Of a DNA stretch of 64,000 bases, positions 52,244 through 60,867 are shown one piece after another. The position numbers and the translations under genes were made by a program. The notes below the pieces were generated by a model. That model worked only from the letters and a program-made list of their open reading frames with translations, did not search any database and had not been told where the DNA came from. This DNA is from a virus. Location of the stretch: the IMG/VR virus record IMGVR_UViG_3300031963_009547, one strand, 5' to 3'. Every line of letters begins with the position of its first letter. Positions within the stretch are counted from its first letter, which is position 1.

Positions 52244-52768
52244 ATGACCCTAACTTATTCTAAAAAAGGTGTAACCTTTTCACCACTATCTACGTATACA
52301 ATGTTAGATGGAACTATGGTTGCAATTTACCAAGGTTCAAGAGGTGATAACCCTGAACTTGACTTTATTGTAAAATACAAAGAAACTAACAAACGATTAA
52401 GAACACCAAGTCATACACACTGGATTACTGACCTTTTAGTTAAATGTGAATACAATAAAGAACTTGTTGGTGCGTTTGTAAAAAAAGTATTATCTTTGTA
52501 TGAAACAACCGAACCTTTCAACACCACAGAAGAAAGAGATAATTACGAACTTAATTTTTACAAAAACCATTTAAGTGAGTTCAATGTTTTAGACAATCAT
52601 GGGTATTATAAGATGGATACCCTTGTGAGTTTTATTGAGTTATTTACCATCTGCGAAAAACAAACAAAAGATGCATATATGTTCAAAACACTATTAGGTT
52701 TAGTGTTAGAATATTGCGAAGGAAAAAAGGATTTTTACCAAATTGTATCATATTCAAAACGAGTTTAA
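52244..52768 (+). CDS. Hypothetical protein downstream of the methyltransferase
   Basis: 174 aa, QGSRG..PELDFIVKY...RTPSHTHW. Confidence 0.6.
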   Translation: MTLTYSKKGVTFSPLSTYTMLDGTMVAIYQGSRGDNPELDFIVKYKETNKRLRTPSHTHWITDLLVKCEYNKELVGAFVKKVLSLYETTEPFNTTEERDNYELNFYKNHLSEFNVLDNHGYYKMDTLVSFIELFTICEKQTKDAYMFKTLLGLVLEYCEGKKDFYQIVSYSKRV

Positions 52769-52777
52769 AAGATATTT

Positions 52778-53380
52778 ATGAGAAAGAAAAAAACAGAAAT
52801 GGAATCACAAGACAAGAGATATATGCTTTTTATTTTTGGTGATTTCACAGAGATGGAAAACTTTATTGACGACATTTCGTATCAGTTAGTAACGGTAGTT
52901 TCTAGCGAATACCTGAAGTTCAATTATGGTGAGTTTGGAATGGTTTTACACTTTAGAACCAAAGAAACTTTCAGTGAACTAAAAGAGTATGTCGATATGT
53001 GTTTAGACGGAGTAGTAGAACAGTACTTTTTGATGGAAGCAACAGAAAACGTGGACATTAAAATGGACCGAAAATTGAAGAAAGATTTTTTGAATATTGA
53101 TGGAGTAAAAAAAGAGAACAAGAACAAAAAAGTAGACGTAGAAAAATTAAGTGAAGAAAAGAAGAAAAAATTAGGTGATATGATGGAATTTATTTTACCT
53201 TTGTCGGAAACAAATTTTGAGTTCCCGATTAGGGTTGAAAGACCACAAAAACCAAAACCAACAGTGGACCAAATTTTAGAAAAGATAACAGAGAAAGGAA
53301 TTGAGTCATTAACAAAAGAAGAGAAACAAATTTTAGACAATTATGGAAAGAGAGAGAATGGAGGAAATAAAATCAACTAA
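52778..53380 (+). CDS. Hypothetical protein with a C-terminal DUF6576-like motif
   Basis: VDQILEKITEKGIESLTKEEKQIL; the start may be 52799. Confidence 0.55.
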   Translation: MRKKKTEMESQDKRYMLFIFGDFTEMENFIDDISYQLVTVVSSEYLKFNYGEFGMVLHFRTKETFSELKEYVDMCLDGVVEQYFLMEATENVDIKMDRKLKKDFLNIDGVKKENKNKKVDVEKLSEEKKKKLGDMMEFILPLSETNFEFPIRVERPQKPKPTVDQILEKITEKGIESLTKEEKQILDNYGKRENGGNKIN

Positions 53381-54158
53381 CCCCTTGAATCAGGACGAGA
53401 TTCAAATTTACCTTAAAGACATCCGAAAATTAAAAGTAATGACACCCGAGAGAGAAAGACTTTTGGCGGAGCGCATTTCATCAACGGATTGTACTGACCG
53501 TGAAAAAGAAGCAATTCACAAAGAAATGCTTGAAGGTAATTTACGTTTTGTGATTACAGTCGCAAAACAATACCAAAATCAAGGAATTGATTTATCTGAC
53601 TTAATTGCTGAAGGAAACTACGGGTTGATGAAAGCAATTAAAAACTTTGATTGGACCAAAAACAATCGTTTTATATCATATGCTGTATGGTGGATTAAAC
53701 AATCTATCCTACAAACACTAAACGACAACTCTCGTACTATTCGTCTCCCTGTTAACGTCGTTCAAGAGATGCAAAAAGAAAAAAGGGAGAACGAAAAAAC
53801 AAACAAGGAATTATCTAGCAAATTTGCAACACTTCCAAGAATGATTGACCTTGATATGCATATCAACGAAGATGGTGATACATTGATTGATGTAATTAAA
53901 AACGACAACGTGGAAGCTCCTGATGAAATATTCAACACCAAAGATGTATTGAAACAAAAAATGATGGATATCATGTCTGTCTTGGATGAGCGTGAAAAAG
54001 TAATCGTTGAAGATTATTATGGAATTACTGGTACACCTCGTACTTTGGAAGACATCGGTTCTGACTTTGGATTAACAAAAGAACGTGTCCGTCAGATTAA
54101 AGAAAAGGCTCTTCGTAAATTAAGAAACGAATGTTCAGATTTATTTGAATATTTATGA
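53343..54158 (+). CDS. RNA polymerase sigma70 factor, RpoD-like (Bacteroidota type, no region 1.1)
   Basis: YLKDI, NLRFVITVAKQYQNQG, DLIAEGNYGL, FISYAVWWIKQSI, RTIRLP, region 4.2 TLEDIG..FGLTKERVRQIKEKALRKLR. Confidence 0.92.
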   Translation: MERERMEEIKSTNPLNQDEIQIYLKDIRKLKVMTPERERLLAERISSTDCTDREKEAIHKEMLEGNLRFVITVAKQYQNQGIDLSDLIAEGNYGLMKAIKNFDWTKNNRFISYAVWWIKQSILQTLNDNSRTIRLPVNVVQEMQKEKRENEKTNKELSSKFATLPRMIDLDMHINEDGDTLIDVIKNDNVEAPDEIFNTKDVLKQKMMDIMSVLDEREKVIVEDYYGITGTPRTLEDIGSDFGLTKERVRQIKEKALRKLRNECSDLFEYL

Positions 54159-54161
54159 TAC

Positions 54162-54292
54162 TAAAGGGTTGAACCGAGATTACCCTTACAACTCGGCGGA
54201 AGGTACCTGATGTTACCAAGGTGAAACTCCTCAATTTTATCTATATGGTAAGATGAAACTACACTCCCCCATCGGCGCCGGTGGGGGTTTTT
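54162..54292 (+). ncRNA. Candidate structured small RNA (H-type pseudoknot and hairpins)
   Basis: TATTTAT at 54150-54156, AAGGGT/ACCCTT stem crossed by CCGAG/CTCGG, higher GC than the genome, no substantial ORF, ends in a terminator. Confidence 0.45.
54266..54292 (+). terminator. Rho-independent terminator
   Basis: cccccatcg-gcgc-cggtggggg followed by ttttt. Confidence 0.75.
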
Positions 54293-54328
54293 CTTTATCT
54301 TTAATATTTATCTATTATAGTTATTGAT

Positions 54329-55495
54329 ATGAAAGACAAATTATTACCGTGGTTTTTATTATTTTGTGCTCTTGGACTATCAGGAACTGCTGCTTATTAT
54401 AGTGTTGTTGGTTTATCTGTGGTCTTTGTTGGTGTAGCATTACCTGTTATTATAATGGGTGGATTTTTAGAAATATCAAAACTGGCAATTGCAACATATC
54501 TACATGACAAGTGGAAAGAAACATACGGTGTTTTAAAGATATATTTAACATTAGCACTTATAACCTTGTCACTTATAACATCATTAGGCATCTACGGACT
54601 TTTAAGTACAGGATTTTCAACCAACATTGCAAAACTTGAAATCGGTCAAAAGGAAGTAAAAAACATTGAAGTTAAAAAAGAAAGATTTGAGGAAATCAAA
54701 AATGAATACCAAAAAGAAAAACAAACCTTAGATAAAGATATTTCTAAATTAAGAAGTGCGCTATCAACAAACACCACAACCCAAAGTATTGATAGACAAA
54801 CGGGTCAGGTTGTAACAAGAGCAAATAACGCTAATCGTAAATCATTTGAAACTCAATTACAACTGGCAATTGAAAATCGTGACAAAATGTCAGGTAAAGT
54901 GGATGCACTTAATGACAGTATTACTGCTTTAGATATACAAATACTAAACATGGAGTCTGAAGAAATATCGGGTAATGAACTTGGTACTATTAAATATATA
55001 AGTGAAATGACTGGATGGAGTGTTAAAAAAACCGCTAACATATTCATATTAATTCTAATTTTTGTGTTTGACCCATTGGCTATTACATTAGTTATTGCAA
55101 CAAACCAAGCATTCAAAAATAATAGAAAAGATGAGGAAGATGATTCCCCAAAACAAGAAGTCACCCCCCAAGTCACCCCCCAAGTCACCCCCCAACTTCC
55201 CCACGAACTTCCCCACGAACTTCCCCACGAACTTCCCCACCAAATAGATGAAGTAAATGTACCTGAAAGTTTATTAAGCATTGGTGATAGTTGGGAATGG
55301 ATGACTAAAGAAACTGAACCAGTAATTGAAGATGTCAAAGAAGAAGTCACAGAAGAAGTCACAGAAGATGTCACAGAAGAAATAATTGAACCTCAAGTAG
55401 AGGAAAATAAACCAGAACCCCAAAGAGAATTAAAAAGATTGTCTTACGGAAATAGAAATGGTAATGGAAGTGGTTTACGAATTAACAGATTTTAA
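54329..55495 (+). CDS. Multi-pass membrane protein with a coiled coil and low-complexity C-terminal tail
   Basis: Three N-terminal TM helices, coiled coil, TM ending IFVFDPLA; TATTTAT at 54305. Confidence 0.7.
   Translation: MKDKLLPWFLLFCALGLSGTAAYYSVVGLSVVFVGVALPVIIMGGFLEISKLAIATYLHDKWKETYGVLKIYLTLALITLSLITSLGIYGLLSTGFSTNIAKLEIGQKEVKNIEVKKERFEEIKNEYQKEKQTLDKDISKLRSALSTNTTTQSIDRQTGQVVTRANNANRKSFETQLQLAIENRDKMSGKVDALNDSITALDIQILNMESEEISGNELGTIKYISEMTGWSVKKTANIFILILIFVFDPLAITLVIATNQAFKNNRKDEEDDSPKQEVTPQVTPQVTPQLPHELPHELPHELPHQIDEVNVPESLLSIGDSWEWMTKETEPVIEDVKEEVTEEVTEDVTEEIIEPQVEENKPEPQRELKRLSYGNRNGNGSGLRINRF
55158..55380 (+). repeat. In-frame 12-bp tandem repeats (QVTP, LPHE, EEVT)
   Basis: (caagtcaccccc)n, (cttccccacgaa)n, (gaagaagtcaca)n. 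Confidence 0.85.
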
Positions 55496-56069
55496 TCCTG
55501 TAGGGGTTAATGACAAAAAAACACAAATTATTTTAACAGACACCAAAAGAGGTGTTAAAAACTATATCCAATCCTTAAGGTATAGATACAACAAAAAAAA
55601 TCCATATATCCCAAATTATGTGATATCCAAAACAGGAGAAGTCTATAAGATTATGGAACCCAATATGTATTCAAGGTTTTTAGATAATGAGACCTTAGAT
55701 AAAAAATCAATTGTTATTAGTTTAGAAAACTTTGGATGTCTTAAAAAAAATCCACTAGAAGATACATACGTTAATTGGATTGGGGATATTTATAAACAGA
55801 AGGCTTTTGAAAGAAAGTGGAGAGATTGTTTTTTTTGGGATAAATACGAAACAACACAAATGGATTCTTTGGTTTTACTATTAGATGAATTATGTGAAAA
55901 ATTCAAAATACCTAAAATAACAATAGGTCATAATGTTAGACAAGATGGGGTTGAGAATTTCAAAGGTATTGCAACAAGAAGTAATTATGATGTGGACTTT
56001 AAAGATGTTAATCCAGCCTTCGACTTTAAATTATTAGAAAAAAAACTAAAAAATGATGAATCAATATGA
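55458..56069 (+). CDS. N-acetylmuramoyl-L-alanine amidase-like protein (Amidase_2 fold), apparently degenerate
   Basis: KTQIILTDT, NYVISKTGEVY, SIVISLEN, Q.DSL..LL.EL...F.IP, KDVNPAFD. Confidence 0.6.
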   Translation: MVMEVVYELTDFNPVGVNDKKTQIILTDTKRGVKNYIQSLRYRYNKKNPYIPNYVISKTGEVYKIMEPNMYSRFLDNETLDKKSIVISLENFGCLKKNPLEDTYVNWIGDIYKQKAFERKWRDCFFWDKYETTQMDSLVLLLDELCEKFKIPKITIGHNVRQDGVENFKGIATRSNYDVDFKDVNPAFDFKLLEKKLKNDESI

Positions 56070-56604
56070 TGAAATAAAATCCTTGTTAAAGAAATCAAGG
56101 ATGTTGATGGAACAAGTTGAACCTTTAAATATGGCTAAAAGTATTGAGGACGAAATTGAAAACGATACCAATACAGATAATGCAGATATGGATGTCGAAA
56201 AAGTTAAAAAAGACAAAAGTAAAACCTATAGAATTTCAGGTGGTCTTTTAACTATGCACGGTAAAGATAAAAAAGACCTTGAACTTACAACTGAAGAAAA
56301 AACCGCATTTCAAGAAACAATGGATGAATTTGTTGATGAGGTATCAGATTTATCTGACTTCGGAGTTTTAAACCTTTATCAAAATGAAGTACAATGGAGC
56401 GGTAAAGTTATAGATTTCGACCTTGAATTTTTCTATTCAATTGGTGAAAACAACGGAGTATATGTTAATGGGGATATGATTAAGTTGGACGAAAAACTAA
56501 CTGAATTAATATCTAAATTAACAAGTTTTTATGAAAAGTTCAAAGCTAAATGGGCTAAAGTAATCTCAACAAGAAAGAAAACACAACAAACAACCGAAGA
56601 ATAA
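56053..56604 (+). CDS. Hypothetical protein (acidic, N-terminal E-ending leader)
   Basis: 183 aa, YDEIKSLLKKSRMLMEQ. Confidence 0.6.
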   Translation: MMNQYDEIKSLLKKSRMLMEQVEPLNMAKSIEDEIENDTNTDNADMDVEKVKKDKSKTYRISGGLLTMHGKDKKDLELTTEEKTAFQETMDEFVDEVSDLSDFGVLNLYQNEVQWSGKVIDFDLEFFYSIGENNGVYVNGDMIKLDEKLTELISKLTSFYEKFKAKWAKVISTRKKTQQTTEE

Positions 56605-56606
56605 TT

Positions 56607-56957
56607 ATGGAACTAATTAAAAAATATTGGAAACATGTTGTTGGTGTAATACTAGCTATAGGTGTGTTATATGGTGTAATTTATTTGGCAACCCCAAAAC
56701 CACAGATGTCTGAATTGGATAAGTATAAGTTGGAACAATTGGACCAAAACATCCAAAAATTACAAAAACTCCAACAAAGTTTAAATGATTCACTTACTGA
56801 TTATCAACACAAAATAGATGAGATTGATGACAAGATTGGTAAGATTAAAGTGGAAAGAAAAGAAGTTAATAACTTTTACACTCAGAAAAAAGAAGAAATA
56901 AAAAATGCCGACAAAAAACAAGTTGATAGTTTGTTGAGGGCGAGATACAATTTTTAA
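56607..56957 (+). CDS. N-terminal TM + coiled-coil protein (i-spanin-like)
   Basis: HVVGVILAIGVLYGVIYLA followed by heptads. Confidence 0.55.
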   Translation: MELIKKYWKHVVGVILAIGVLYGVIYLATPKPQMSELDKYKLEQLDQNIQKLQKLQQSLNDSLTDYQHKIDEIDDKIGKIKVERKEVNNFYTQKKEEIKNADKKQVDSLLRARYNF

Positions 56958-56961
56958 TATT

Positions 56962-57378
56962 ATGAAAAATATATTTTTATTATTGTTTGCTATTTTTGTT
57001 GTTAATGTTTCATTTGCACAACAAAAACCTAAAACAGAACCAACTGAAATGAGTATCCCTTATGACGTTGCACAAAAAATGTTGTTGGACTTAAATGACT
57101 ACGACAGATTAAAAGAATTATCTAAACTTGATAAAGAAGAAATCAAACAACTTAATAACAAGATTTTATTTTTGGAAAAAACAATTAACACTTGGGAGCA
57201 AAAGGACACGTTGAATAAGGAGATTATTTCAAACGTAGAACAAAAATTCAAAATTGTTAATGACCAAAACGATGAGTTAAGAAAAGAAGTTAAAAAATTG
57301 AAAGCTAAAAATACCATTACTCAAATTGTGAGTGGTGCACTTATCACAACATTAACAGTATTTAGTATAATGAAATAA
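56962..57378 (+). CDS. Signal peptide + coiled coil + C-terminal hydrophobic segment (spanin partner-like)
   Basis: MKNIFLLLFAIFVVNVSFA|QQ, C-terminal IVSGALITTLTVFSIMK. Confidence 0.55.
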   Translation: MKNIFLLLFAIFVVNVSFAQQKPKTEPTEMSIPYDVAQKMLLDLNDYDRLKELSKLDKEEIKQLNNKILFLEKTINTWEQKDTLNKEIISNVEQKFKIVNDQNDELRKEVKKLKAKNTITQIVSGALITTLTVFSIMK

Positions 57379-57626
57379 TGGCACTTTCAAGTACAGAAAA
57401 AAAAGAAATCGAATCTATGATAAGAAAAGAAATAAAGTCTTTTCTTAAAGCGGATACGGTAAAACAATTTGAAAACAATTTGATTGATGTTTTATCAAAG
57501 GAAGTAAAAAAGGGTAGATTAAGAGGTGATATAAACGATGTTGTTATAGATTTGACTACTGAATTTTATTATCAGTTGTGGTCAAAGAAAAATCAGTGGC
57601 AATCGGCATTAAAAAACAAAAGATGA
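57378..57626 (+). CDS. Hypothetical protein
   Basis: 82 aa, coupled on both sides. Confidence 0.6.
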   Translation: MALSSTEKKEIESMIRKEIKSFLKADTVKQFENNLIDVLSKEVKKGRLRGDINDVVIDLTTEFYYQLWSKKNQWQSALKNKR

Positions 57627-58198
57627 AACTAGATAAAGAATATTTGGATAGACTTATTTCTGAAGCTTTAAAAAAGAAAAAGGAAGAATCAAAAGAAGCC
57701 ACTGCAACAGGAGGTTTCGGTTATAGTGCACCTGCTTTCAGTATGTGGTCAAATGATGATAAGGCTAAATCTGAATACAAAAGACCAAAAGTAATAGAGG
57801 TTAGTGAGGAAGAAGAATATTGCGACGCTTGTGATAGAGTTAAATCCCAATGTGTGTGTCCCAAAAAAGTAGAAGCTACTGAAATGACATCAACCTCATC
57901 GGTTGGTATTTACGACGCTAATAGCTTTCAAGATAAAAATATGAAAGGTAATACAACTAAAGGACAAGGTAGGTCTTGGAAAAAAGCACAAATACCAGGA
58001 GGTCAATTTGTTTCTGTAAAAAAAGAATGTAAAACTTTCCCTTATTGTAATCAAGGAGACATCAAAGCATTAAATATTACTAAAAAACCAAAGAAAAATG
58101 CAATGTATGAAGCGATTGAAAACGTTTCTAAAAAGACTGGTTTAACTACAGAAGAAATAAAAAATATCCTAATTCAACACTTGGGTAGTAATTTATAA
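57623..58198 (+). CDS. Hypothetical protein with Cys motifs (putative head-internal protein)
   Basis: ATG at 57623 (ATGA overlap), CDAC..C.C, CKTFPYCNQG. Confidence 0.6.
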   Translation: MKLDKEYLDRLISEALKKKKEESKEATATGGFGYSAPAFSMWSNDDKAKSEYKRPKVIEVSEEEEYCDACDRVKSQCVCPKKVEATEMTSTSSVGIYDANSFQDKNMKGNTTKGQGRSWKKAQIPGGQFVSVKKECKTFPYCNQGDIKALNITKKPKKNAMYEAIENVSKKTGLTTEEIKNILIQHLGSNL

Positions 58199-58219
58199 AT
58201 TAAATGATATTTATTTAAT

Positions 58220-59461
58220 ATGGAAAGAGAAATTAAAAAAATCGTAGATAGAGTTTTATCTGAAGAAATAAATAAAACTTCAAATAGAATCAAAAATAGA
58301 ATTTTTGAAAACAAAGAAATGTGTTCAGAATGTGGTGGAATGATGTATGAAGGTGAATGTATGGAGTGTGGTACCATGTATGAAGGAGATATCACAGAAT
58401 TAGGTGGTATGGACGACGGACATCCATCTATGGGTAACATTAGACTATCGGATTATTCATTTGAAGAGTTGGATGATATTTTAAAAGGTAAATCAACTAA
58501 AAAAGGCAGACATCATAGTGAAGAAGATGATGAAGACGAATTTGATTTTGTTGAATTGGATTTGGATGAAGCTGAGTTGGAAGAAAAACTATTTGGTAAA
58601 CAACATAAAATTGACAAGAATGAAAACGGTAGAATAGACCGTGAAGATTTTACAATGTTGAGAGCAAAAAAATCCGAAACTAAAGAAGGTGCTAAACCTG
58701 ACTTTTTAGATTTAGATAATGATGGTGATAAAAAAGAACCAATGAAATCTGCTGCAAAACAAGCTAAAGGTAAAAAAGTTGAAGAGACTTATTACAGAAT
58801 CCAAAACTTCGGAAGTACTTTATTTACTGAAAATGAAATGGTTGATATGATTGAAAAAATCATTAAAGAAAATACTAAATACGAAAAAGGTAAAGTTTCA
58901 ACATCTAACGTATTAAAATCATCTTTAAATAAATCAGGTAAAGAAGAAAGTGATTACATTAAAAGTGTTACTAAAAAAATGAAAGAATATCTTAAAGATG
59001 GTTCTAAAGGTGACTACGAAATGAATCCTAAACATTTCCCAAAAGGAAATGGTGAGCTAGAAGAGATGGAAAAAATGGCATTTCAATTAACTGACGAAAA
59101 TGAAGATTTTAATTATGAAATTGCTGGTTTAAACATTCCTGTTCCTGATGCTATTGATTTTAATGACGAAAGAATGAATAAATACTACGAAGGTTCATCT
59201 GAAACAGGTAATGCTCCTGGTGGAAATGCACTTGAGTCAGACGCTAATTCTCGTTTCAATAAAATGAGAAAAAAACAAACATTAGACAAACTTAAAAAAC
59301 AATCTTATAATAAAGCCCCACAACCCGTGTTCAATGAAAAATCAGGTCAAGAAAAAGGTGAAGGGATTAAAATTAAGTTAGAGTCTACTGAAGACAAAAA
59401 AGTATTATCAGAAATTACAAAAATGAAAAATCTGATAGGATACAATCAAAAAACACAATAA
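58220..59461 (+). CDS. Charged modular protein with CxEC repeats and EF-hand-like loops (putative head-internal protein)
   Basis: CSECGG/CMECG, DKNENGRIDREDF, DLDNDGDKKE; TATTTAT at 58208. Confidence 0.6.
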   Translation: MEREIKKIVDRVLSEEINKTSNRIKNRIFENKEMCSECGGMMYEGECMECGTMYEGDITELGGMDDGHPSMGNIRLSDYSFEELDDILKGKSTKKGRHHSEEDDEDEFDFVELDLDEAELEEKLFGKQHKIDKNENGRIDREDFTMLRAKKSETKEGAKPDFLDLDNDGDKKEPMKSAAKQAKGKKVEETYYRIQNFGSTLFTENEMVDMIEKIIKENTKYEKGKVSTSNVLKSSLNKSGKEESDYIKSVTKKMKEYLKDGSKGDYEMNPKHFPKGNGELEEMEKMAFQLTDENEDFNYEIAGLNIPVPDAIDFNDERMNKYYEGSSETGNAPGGNALESDANSRFNKMRKKQTLDKLKKQSYNKAPQPVFNEKSGQEKGEGIKIKLESTEDKKVLSEITKMKNLIGYNQKTQ

Positions 59462-59502
59462 TTAAATCTACAATTTATTTAGACTCATATTATTATTAAA
59501 AC

Positions 59503-60012
59503 ATGGAATTTAATAATAATATGGGTCGTTTTTTTGATTGGTTAGCCAAACCAATGGATGACGAAGACATAACTGCTTGGTACTTAGCAAATAATATTAC
59601 CTCAGAACACACAGAATTATTTAGAGATTTTTGCCTTTCGTTTTACTATCTGATTAATGAAACATATCTTGGTGATGATGATGGAATCGTGAACGAGACT
59701 AGAGTTGGTATGACAGTACAACAAAAAAAAGACCACTTTAATTGGTGTTGGAAAAAAACGATTGAGAATTTTGAGAAGGAATCAATATATTTTATTTTTA
59801 AAGAAGACGACATTAATTTTTTTGAATCGTTTTTCTTTGAAATATTTTACCAACAAAAAGACGAAAACATTAAAGGGACGATTGAACTATTCCTGACTCA
59901 ACTTTTCAATAGAAAGGGTAAAAAAACAAAATCAGACATAGAAATCTTTACTGATTTATATAAACTTTTAGAGAGGTCTTTAAAAATAGAACCTAAAAAC
60001 TTTACATACTAA
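59503..60012 (+). CDS. Hypothetical protein
   Basis: 169-aa Phe-rich ORF. Confidence 0.6.
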   Translation: MEFNNNMGRFFDWLAKPMDDEDITAWYLANNITSEHTELFRDFCLSFYYLINETYLGDDDGIVNETRVGMTVQQKKDHFNWCWKKTIENFEKESIYFIFKEDDINFFESFFFEIFYQQKDENIKGTIELFLTQLFNRKGKKTKSDIEIFTDLYKLLERSLKIEPKNFTY

Positions 60013-60063
60013 TTTTAGTCTGTATTTTTTGATTAAAAATAAATAAATAGAATTTTATAAAAA

Positions 60064-60243
60064 ATGGAAACTTTAGAAAAAATTAAAACATTAGTTGAAA
60101 CGTTATCAGTTGATACTGCAAAATTTTATAGCGGAAATAAATCAGCCGGAATTAGAGCTAGAAAAACTTCACAAGAATTAAAAGCATTAGCACAACAACT
60201 TAGAACTGAAATTTTAAATCATAACAAAGAAAATAATGCATAA
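60064..60243 (+). CDS. Histone H1-like protein, Hc1 family (not in the ORF track)
   Basis: METLEKIKTLVETLSVDTAKFYSGNKSAGIRARKTSQELKALAQQLRTEILNHNKENNA; GNKxAGxRARK signature. Confidence 0.8.
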   Translation: METLEKIKTLVETLSVDTAKFYSGNKSAGIRARKTSQELKALAQQLRTEILNHNKENNA

Positions 60244-60433
60244 TATCTTACATTATTTGTTCTTATTTATTTTTGTATTTTCAGTACTTGGATTTTTAAG
60301 ACTCATTATAAGTTTTTTTAAATCGGTGTTTTCAACACCACCCACACCTTTTGAACAGACAACTACAGAATTGTTTATCAACGGAGGTTTTGTGGCTTAC
60401 ATCATAACATTTTTAATATATTTAATTTCATGA
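60236..60433 (+). CDS. Small two-TM membrane protein
   Basis: Two hydrophobic segments. Confidence 0.6.
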   Translation: MHNILHYLFLFIFVFSVLGFLRLIISFFKSVFSTPPTPFEQTTTELFINGGFVAYIITFLIYLIS

Positions 60434-60867
60434 TTTATAGTGAATTTATAACAACAACCTCAAATTATTTAAAATCTGTTAGAATTTTAAAAGATTATGT
60501 TACCTTTGACATGACCTTTCCTTCATCTTGGTTGTTACCAAAAAAAGGACCTGCAGAAATTGAAATTTTACAAAACTCAGACAAAGATGGTTCTATAATT
60601 ACATCTTTTGTCTGTCAAAACAAAACAAAATTGATAGATGTAATTGAAAATACAATTCAAAACGTTATTAAAACAAACATAGAAAGAGAAGAAAAAGAAA
60701 GACTTTTCAAAAACAAAGTACATGAGTTAAAACAAATTTTCGAAAAAGAAAATTTAGAAAACCTTAAGGGGTTAAAGTTTGATTTAGAAGAATTTGCAAA
60801 TTTATTAACACAATCAGATGACGAAGTTAACACCGAAGTTGGAGAAGGAGATTCAACAACTAAATGA
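60430..60867 (+). CDS. Hypothetical protein
   Basis: 145 aa, ATGA-coupled. Confidence 0.6.
   Translation: MIYSEFITTTSNYLKSVRILKDYVTFDMTFPSSWLLPKKGPAEIEILQNSDKDGSIITSFVCQNKTKLIDVIENTIQNVIKTNIEREEKERLFKNKVHELKQIFEKENLENLKGLKFDLEEFANLLTQSDDEVNTEVGEGDSTTK

Noticed and set aside
54150-54196. Pseudoknot-stimulated readthrough or frameshift of the sigma stop codon
   Set aside because: Readthrough hits TAA two codons later and the -1 frame stops within six codons. The remaining frame was not evaluated.
54207-54228. Hammerhead-like core (CTGATG...GAAAC)
   Set aside because: It has CUGAUGU rather than CUGAnGA, stem II would need a 2-nt loop, and stems I and III are not convincing.
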